Assembly: GCA_050298055.1 (NCBI GenBank)
Contig: JBNKTL010000057.1
Coordinates: 20,876 to 30,970 of the forward strand
DNA: 10,095 nucleotides
From: Spirochaetota bacterium
GTDB lineage: Bacteria; Spirochaetota; UBA4802; UBA5550
Direction: 5' to 3'
The position numbers and the translations under genes are program-made. The notes beneath the pieces were generated by a model. It had not been told where the DNA came from and made no database searches. It saw nothing but the letters and a program-made list of their open reading frames with translations. Below are positions 6,921 to 10,095 of this stretch, piece after piece (position 1 is the first letter of the stretch; every line of letters starts with the position of its first letter).

Positions 6921-7721
6921 GTGAAAAACAGAAAAAGGTCCGTAACATCAACTATCCTGATCATCCTGCTTGCCGTCTGTACACCGGAAACCCGGTCAGA
7001 GCAGAAGAAAGCCGATATAAGCTTTATCATCGGCACGGTCTCTGTAAAACGCCGGGGAAAAATAATACAACCGCGACAGGGAGACCCTGTTTTTAACGGT
7101 GATATTTTCAGGCTCTTAAAACAATCAATCGTGGAGTTTTCATTCTCCGGTGAGAAGAGAAAACTGAGGATAACGGGACCGAAAATTTTCAGGTTTACGT
7201 TTGATCTGCTCAACAAGAGAATAAGAAGAGGAGACGCCGCAACCGCTTTTACAAAACTTCTGGCAAAAAACTCCCCCCCCTATCTTCCCCGTACAATTGT
7301 TTCCGCCGTTCGGGGAAAGGAAGGCCAGGGGAAGAAACAGGAACTGAACAGGACCGGTAAAGAAAAATTGAAGAAAGCCATAGCCCTCATGGGACTGGGG
7401 GAATATACCGAAGCAGGGGACCTTTTCAATGAAATAGAAAAGATCAGCGGCTTGAACCGCCATGTAAAAGCGCTGGTGAATTTTTACAGGGGAGAAATTC
7501 GTTTCCATGAGATGGATTATGAAAAGGCACTGGCTTATTATATGGCGGCCGCAAAGTACAGGCGCAGGAGGTTCAGGCACCGGGAAGAATCATATGTGCG
7601 GGCGGTTATCTGCGCCGACCTCACCGGCAAAACAGAAGTTCTTGCGGATCTTTTAGGGAAGTATGAAAAGGAGTATGGGGAGAGAGGAAAGTATGGGGAG
7701 ATGCTGGAGGTGTACAGGTAG
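6921..7721 (+). CDS. Exported protein with a truncated FecR-like N-terminal beta domain and C-terminal TPR-like helices; probably co-transcribed with the CHAT gene
   Basis: GGAG RBS at 6911-6914, GTG start 23 nt after the CHAT stop; signal peptide; ISFIIGTVSV...GDPVFNGDIF...SIVEFSF fits the FecR N-terminal pattern; TIVSAVRG; TPR-like FYRGEIRFHEMDYEKALAYY. Confidence 0.75.
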   Translation: MKNRKRSVTSTILIILLAVCTPETRSEQKKADISFIIGTVSVKRRGKIIQPRQGDPVFNGDIFRLLKQSIVEFSFSGEKRKLRITGPKIFRFTFDLLNKRIRRGDAATAFTKLLAKNSPPYLPRTIVSAVRGKEGQGKKQELNRTGKEKLKKAIALMGLGEYTEAGDLFNEIEKISGLNRHVKALVNFYRGEIRFHEMDYEKALAYYMAAAKYRRRRFRHREESYVRAVICADLTGKTEVLADLLGKYEKEYGERGKYGEMLEVYR

Positions 7722-7726
7722 GGTTA

Positions 7727-8032
7727 TTATTTCCGTTTATTCTTTCCCCTTTTTGCCATAATCTCAGCTTTTGTCAGGGCCCCCATCTCTCGGTAGATTT
7801 CCGACATCTCTTCAAGTTCTTCCGCCGAGAGATCATCCTCCTTATGTAAAAGCTCTCCTAGTCTTTCAGCGCCCTTTTTATTTTTACGTATTTTTCTCCT
7901 GCACTGGGGACAATTCACCGGGCGGGAATCTGTTAAAAATCCCAGTTTTTCATACCAGTATTTCTGTTCCCGGGGTGTAAATAAAAAGGTTTCTCCGCAC
8001 TCCCTGCACCGGTATTCTATCTCAACATACAT
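7727..8032 (-). CDS. Zinc-ribbon domain protein (zf-trcl-like), possibly 5'-truncated
   Basis: CRECGETFLFTPREQKYWYEKLGF...PVNCPQCR: two CxxC pairs with the F.F...EQ.(F/Y) signature; helical C-tail; no SD. Confidence 0.8.
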   Translation of the reverse strand: MYVEIEYRCRECGETFLFTPREQKYWYEKLGFLTDSRPVNCPQCRRKIRKNKKGAERLGELLHKEDDLSAEELEEMSEIYREMGALTKAEIMAKRGKNKRK

Positions 8033-8152
8033 GAGGGTGGGCCTCGAACACCAAGGTAGTTCAACTGATTATAAACACCGGTTAATTCAGTTGACAACAA
8101 CTGTGTGATATGGCAAGTACTTTGTAAATTTAAGAATAATAAAAAAACGCAT

Positions 8153-8605
8153 ATGAACGACATTACAGAAATGAGAGACAAATTTGACGGCTTCATCCAT
8201 CAAATGGAGAATGCGCTGGAAGGTCTGGCAAATTATGTTGAATCTTTAAATGACACATTATTAATACCACTGGATTACTCCTGGGAATCTCTGGATAGGA
8301 TAGAATTGCTTTACTCAAAATATCTTGACAATAAGATTTCTATCGATATATCAGAAGACCGGTTTGTAACAAGATTGGCTCGTTATCTTGGAGAAACTTT
8401 AAGGAAGAACATGGGAGGAACATGGATCTTATGTGAAGACAAGAAGGATTTTGCTTTTGGACTGCCCACCTTAGGAAAGATCAACAATATGAACCCTGAA
8501 TATGCTTACAACCCTTTTGACACTCTGGAAACATTTAAAATACGCAGGGTTGAAGGTTTAATTAAACGGGCTGTATACTCGCATACGAAACACACTTTGA
8601 AATAA
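8153..8605 (+). CDS. Hypothetical protein with LDYSxESL...YLGE...GGxW motif (DUF3806-like, immunity-protein-like)
   Basis: PLDYSWESLDRIE and ARYLGETLRKNMGGTW motifs; AT-rich. ATG 8153 after an A-rich leader is preferred to GTG 8105. Family assignment is from recall only. Confidence 0.65.
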   Translation: MNDITEMRDKFDGFIHQMENALEGLANYVESLNDTLLIPLDYSWESLDRIELLYSKYLDNKISIDISEDRFVTRLARYLGETLRKNMGGTWILCEDKKDFAFGLPTLGKINNMNPEYAYNPFDTLETFKIRRVEGLIKRAVYSHTKHTLK

Positions 8606-8630
8606 CACTATCATTAAAATTTTTCCAGCA

Positions 8631-8655
8631 GTATCTCAAAGTATTTTTGGGATAC
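8631..8655. terminator. Weak hairpin between convergent genes; possible terminator
   Basis: GTATCTCAAA-gtatt-TTTGGGATAC: 10-bp stem with one G-U. Confidence 0.35.
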
Positions 8656-8663
8656 AGTTTGCA

Positions 8664-9806
8664 TTATGAAATATTGTTTTTCATTTTATAATCCAGATAC
8701 CAATCGTATTGCGTTTTTAAAGCAAAGTGAGCATCTGTCCAGTTGTGCTTTTCAGCTAAAGAGATGGCGGCTTCCCAAACAGGCAATAGTGTTTCGTTAG
8801 AATTTAAGCCCGACCAATAGGCTGCATTAACCAGACAGTTCCAGGACAAGTCAGGTCTATTCATTTGATCATCATACAGCGCTGCTGCTTCAGCATGTTC
8901 AATGCCGATGTAGCGGTCTATATCATCATCCAATTTCATAATAGCACGCGCCAAGGGCTCCTGAGTGTATTTTTCAGTATTATGTTCTATTTCCCGGGCA
9001 AACATTTTTATCGGACTTGCAAGCTCAAAATTAGGCTGAGTATAATCGTTTGGGAACTGTTTGGGTACCATGTTTTCACAATCATAAACATTGATACTTT
9101 TAAAAAAGTCCCAGAAAAAATCACGAATTTCTGTGTTGTTGATAATATCTGCATTGTTTTTACATGCTTTCTGAATGATGATATAAAATATGCGGTGCTT
9201 CCAGATACCCAGTTTGTTTTTATCCATAGTACCAACAGTGGAGATGTTAAAACTTTCCAGGTCCTGAATTATTTCCCGCATTAAACTATGGCCATCACTT
9301 TTATCAAACCGGTCCCAAAATGAAACATATAGTTCGCTTTCCCTGGTTTCATCTTCAGGAAAGACAAAAGGATTCATGAAAAAATCTTTAAAAAAATCAA
9401 AGTGTTCTTTTCCGCCAGTAATATCTAAAAACTTGTGGGAAACTTTTTCGACTTCTGCTGCCATTGAACTAAAATGACCAATTATCTGCGGTTTTACCAG
9501 CTGATTGGCTATGTTTAAATAGAAAAATGTATCCAGGCCTGGTGCAACGATGTATGAGTTTTTGTTTATATAACTGGATGAAACAGGCCATTTTGAGAAT
9601 TCACTACCCGGGGTCACTCGAAGTCCAAAGTTTAAATCCCGGTTTGAACCAAAAAAATAAATATGCCACCATCCTCTCTTTAAAAGGCCATATAAAGTCT
9701 TTGAATCTATTTGAGGATTAAAATTCAAATAGCTGATTTCCTTTGAAGTTAAAGTGTCAGCATATTTTTTAAGTTCATTTATTGTTTTTCCAATATTATT
9801 TTTCAT
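8664..9806 (-). CDS. Hypothetical AT-rich protein, 380 aa, helical C-terminus
   Basis: Long ORF in AT-rich DNA; no signal peptide; C-terminal YIGIEHAEAAALYD...SWNCLVNAAYWSG...WEAAISLAEKHNW block. Confidence 0.8.
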   Translation of the reverse strand: MKNNIGKTINELKKYADTLTSKEISYLNFNPQIDSKTLYGLLKRGWWHIYFFGSNRDLNFGLRVTPGSEFSKWPVSSSYINKNSYIVAPGLDTFFYLNIANQLVKPQIIGHFSSMAAEVEKVSHKFLDITGGKEHFDFFKDFFMNPFVFPEDETRESELYVSFWDRFDKSDGHSLMREIIQDLESFNISTVGTMDKNKLGIWKHRIFYIIIQKACKNNADIINNTEIRDFFWDFFKSINVYDCENMVPKQFPNDYTQPNFELASPIKMFAREIEHNTEKYTQEPLARAIMKLDDDIDRYIGIEHAEAAALYDDQMNRPDLSWNCLVNAAYWSGLNSNETLLPVWEAAISLAEKHNWTDAHFALKTQYDWYLDYKMKNNIS

Positions 9807-9932
9807 AAAGTTATGAAATTCAATTAACCATTTTGTTTTTTTAGCACTTCTTTAAAGCGTGACATTCGCTATAATCTACTGATTTCAAGTGACATACTGC
9901 ATTTTATAAGAATATGTGTAAAATGTTTTTTA

Positions 9933-9961
9933 TTGACAAAAAGCTCTCTACATGCGACGAT
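9933..9961 (+). promoter_or_regulatory. Putative sigma70 promoter in front of the structured element
   Basis: TTGACA (9933-9938)-N17-GACGAT (9956-9961) with an extended -10 TG at 9953-9954; the -10 is non-consensus. Confidence 0.45.
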
Positions 9962-9965
9962 CATG

Positions 9966-10095
9966 GCCGGTTTTTTAACATTCGTGTTAAAAAAACCGGC
10001 ATTTCGCTCATCCTGAGCTCAAGATGATCAAGTGCTAAATACAGGATGTATTTAGTGTCGAACCCGGCACAGGAGGTGCCTATAAAGGTTCGACC
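9966..10095 (+). ncRNA. Structured non-coding element with CAGGA-loop hairpins (CsrB/RsmZ- or TwoAYGGAY-like), truncated by the window edge
   Basis: Four consecutive stems: GCCGGTTTTTTAACA-TTCG-TGTTAAAAAAACCGGC (9966-10000); GCTCA-TCC-TGAGC (10006-10018); CTAAATACA-GGA-TGTATTTAG (10035-10055); GTCGAACC-c-GGCAC-AGGAG-GTGCC-tataaa-GGTTCGAC (10057-10094). Confidence 0.55.

Noticed and set aside
6921..6983. LLAVC as a lipobox in the CHAT partner
   Set aside because: Val at -1 is atypical; an ordinary Sec signal is at least as likely, so lipidation is not claimed.
7273..7280. C8 run in the CHAT partner gene as a phase-variation tract
   Set aside because: The frame is intact (Ser-Pro-Pro) and there is no evidence of length variation from one sequence.
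9859..9895. GTGACAT direct repeat 30 bp apart upstream of the 380-aa gene
   Set aside because: Only two 7-bp copies; could be chance and no regulator can be assigned.

Overview
Bacterial accessory-type region; the lipoboxes, cNMP-SpoIIE fusion and FecR-like exported protein suggest a spirochaete-like host (inference only). Left to right: the 5' end of an unknown minus-strand gene, a PfkB-family sugar kinase, two divergent lipoprotein genes (the second split from its signal peptide by a 1-nt frameshift in a T8 run), and a cNMP-binding/PP2C(SpoIIE) protein that lacks a metal-binding Asp. Next come a perfect 46-bp palindrome and a probably leaderless two-gene unit: an exported TPR-CHAT (caspase-like, His/Cys intact) protease plus an exported partner with a truncated FecR-like domain, a VRG motif and TPRs. 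These are followed by a zinc-ribbon protein and two AT-rich orphan genes resembling toxin-immunity proteins. At the right edge is a promoter-preceded structured non-coding element with CAGGA-loop hairpins (CsrA/RsmA-site-like), cut off by the window. The best candidates for new biology are the exported TPR-CHAT/FecR-like pair and the GGA-loop RNA.
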